Part shown: positions 62,096-64,000 of the stretch, one piece after another
How the letters are laid out: each line of letters opens with the position of its first letter
Numbering within the stretch: the stretch's first letter is position 1
From: Octopus bimaculoides
Taxonomy: Eukaryota
Assembly: GCF_001194135.2 (NCBI RefSeq)
Contig: NC_068982.1
Coordinates: 166,611,680-166,675,679 of the forward strand
Reading direction: 5' to 3'
Length of the DNA stretch: 64,000 nucleotides
Position numbers and translations under genes: made by a program
The notes under the pieces: generated by a model
What the model was told of the DNA's origin: nothing
Databases searched by the model: none
The model's input: the letters and a program-made list of their open reading frames with translations, nothing else

Positions 62096-62117
62096 AAATA
62101 ATAATAATAATAATAAA

Positions 62118-62659
62118 ATGCCCTGATGCAGTACCAGATAATGGCTTCATGGCTTCTGATCGTAACTGATTAGAAGTGTAATCATGTACATGTTTTGTCT
62201 TGGTATAAAAGATGGGCTACAGCAAATATTCTGCTCAGTACCACAGATTTGCATGTCAGTTGCTTAACCTTAACCAGTTGAGCATGTCCTTTAATAGCTG
62301 ACAATAAGTGCATCTGATCCTGAGCAGGAGTAGTGGGGGAGCATCATAGCCATGTGTTGACAGGAATTCTTTGTAGTTTGAATAATTCACCCCTGGAAAC
62401 ATGTGTGTTTATTTTTATCATCCTTAAACAAACCTTATTCAGTGATCTTTTGGGTGAGATAGGCTACTTGACTTGAAGAAAATTCTAACCAGGCCCCACC
62501 TGCAAGGTCATGCGCTGTTTATCTTGATATAAGATCACCATATCAAGCACATATGGTTGTGATGCATGTACCTAGTGTATCCTTATCGGATGGGTATATT
62601 GGGTTACGTATATTTGTACCCCAGTGTCACTTTGATGGCATGCACTGCTCTTTCACTCA
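62118..62659. mobile_element. ~540-bp non-coding element inserted in (TAA)n
   Basis: Bounded by (AAT)n on both sides; a closely similar second copy lies at 63114-63665. Confidence 0.85.
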
Positions 62660-62674
62660 ATAATAATAATAATA

Positions 62675-62917
62675 GTTATTGCGGCACTGAGTGTATTAAC
62701 AAACAGATTTGAGAAATTTGTTGGAGACATTGGGATTGACATGAAGTAGAACATGCTCATAAAACTGCTCTTTTGGGGCCAATGAGGATTTTGAGATTGG
62801 TACTTTGTTGTTAAGTAGAAAGAGACCATGCAAGATTCTTGACAGCAGATTGTTGTCCAGTCTTTGCAGTATTAACTAGAGCAAGTGAAATCAAGAGCTC
62901 TGAGAAGTGAAATGGAA
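62675..62917 (+). mobile_element. Dong/R4-like non-LTR retrotransposon 3' end
   Basis: VIAALSVLTNRFEKFVGDIGIDM then (frameshift) VEHAHKTALLGPMRILRLVLCC*, matching the R4/Dong QKTALLGTARILR C-terminus; embedded in (TAA)n. Confidence 0.75.
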
Positions 62918-62931
62918 ATAATAATAACAAC

Positions 62932-62972
<41 letters not shown>

Positions 62973-63060
62973 TAAGCTGGGAATGCATACAACGAGTTTC
63001 TCTGCCCTAGGTGTACGGAAAACACTCGGCGAGAAATGGAAGAAAATTTGAAGAAAGAAG

Positions 63061-63091
<31 letters not shown>

Positions 63092-63113
63092 TATAAAGGG
63101 AATTGGAATAATA

Positions 63114-63665
63114 ATGCAGTACCAGGCAGTGGCTTTCATGGCTCCTGATCTTAATTAATTGGAAGTGTTATCATGTACATTGTTTTGTCTTGGTATAAAA
63201 GATGGGCTACAACAAATATTCTGCATAATACCACAGATTTGCTTGTCAGTTGTTTGACCTTAACCAGTTGAGCGTGTCCCTTGATGGCTGACGATATGTG
63301 CATCTCTGATCATGAGCAGAAGTAGTGGGGGGGGGCATCATAGCCATGTGTTGAGAGGAATTCTTTGGGGTTTGTATAATTAACTTTTGGAAACATGGGT
63401 GTTTTGCTCAACATCCTTAAACAAACCTTATTCAGGGACCTTTTGAGTGGGATGGGCTATTCGACCTGAAGAAAATTCTAAGTGGGCCCCCACCTGCAAG
63501 GTCATGCACTGTTTATCTTGATATGAGATCACCATGTCGCGCACATATGGTTGTGATGCATGTGCCTGGTGTACGCTTATCAGACGGGTAGTTATGATGG
63601 GTATACTGGGCTTCGTATATTTTACCCCAGTGTCACTTTGATGGCATGCACTGCTCTCTCACTCA
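63114..63665. mobile_element. Second copy of the ~540-bp (TAA)n-embedded element
   Basis: Direct repeat of 62118-62659. Confidence 0.85.
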
Positions 63666-63679
63666 ATAATAATTAAAAT

Positions 63680-64000
63680 AATGTTTTCAACTTTTGACAC
63701 AAGACTAGCAATGTTAGGGAAAGGGATGGTCAATTACATTGACCTTAGTACTTGGTTGGTACTTATTTTACTTATTCCAACCACCATGGAATTTGAACTC
63801 AGACCATTAAGAACTAGAAGAAATGCTGCTAAGTATTTAGTTTGATGTGCTAACATATCTGCCAGCTCACTACCTTTGGTTTCAAATTTTGACACAAAGC
63901 CAGGAGTTTTAGGAGAGAGGAGGGTAAGTTGATTTTATTGACCCTGCCCTCCCGCCAGTATTCAACTGATGCATATTTCATTGGCAGTGATAGGATGAAA
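63680..64000 (-). mobile_element. SINE family C pieces
   Basis: GGAATTTGAACTCAGA and GGTTTCAAATTTTG.CACAA blocks. Confidence 0.65.

Overview
Eukaryotic, AT-rich, repeat-dense DNA with four assembly gaps (15331-15565, 19798-20428, 46812-46821, 59889-~60492). The SINE, RTE and microsatellite content looks like an Octopus (coleoid cephalopod) genome; this is recognised from memory of these repeat families, not from a search. There is no intact protein-coding gene and no CRISPR array, rRNA or true tRNA gene. Most of the window is decayed transposons: Tx1/L1-like, RTE, CR1-like and Dong/R4-like LINEs, a Gypsy relic, Tc1/mariner elements, hAT-type and TTAA-flanked MITEs, a non-autonomous Helitron, two foldback elements and several SINE families. 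A CpG-retaining domain (~33.0-40.2 kb) contains a compact housekeeping-type promoter at ~39.25-39.42 kb (YY1, DRE-like, E-box, CRE+ETS). It probably drives an unidentified minus-strand gene; one well-supported exon is at 32718-32807. The most interesting signals are RNA-level. (1) A ~505-bp palindromic element is flanked by one target-site duplication; each arm carries a tRNA-like head, (AAT)n and a Penelope-type minimal hammerhead motif (intact only in the right arm). (2) A second, degenerate hammerhead lies at 20884-20929. (3) Two diverged copies of an HDV-like pseudoknot motif lie at 28.2-28.7 kb. (4) A nest of (TAA)n-targeted insertions around a Dong/R4 3' end lies at 62.1-63.7 kb. All folds and alignments were done by eye and need computational and experimental confirmation.
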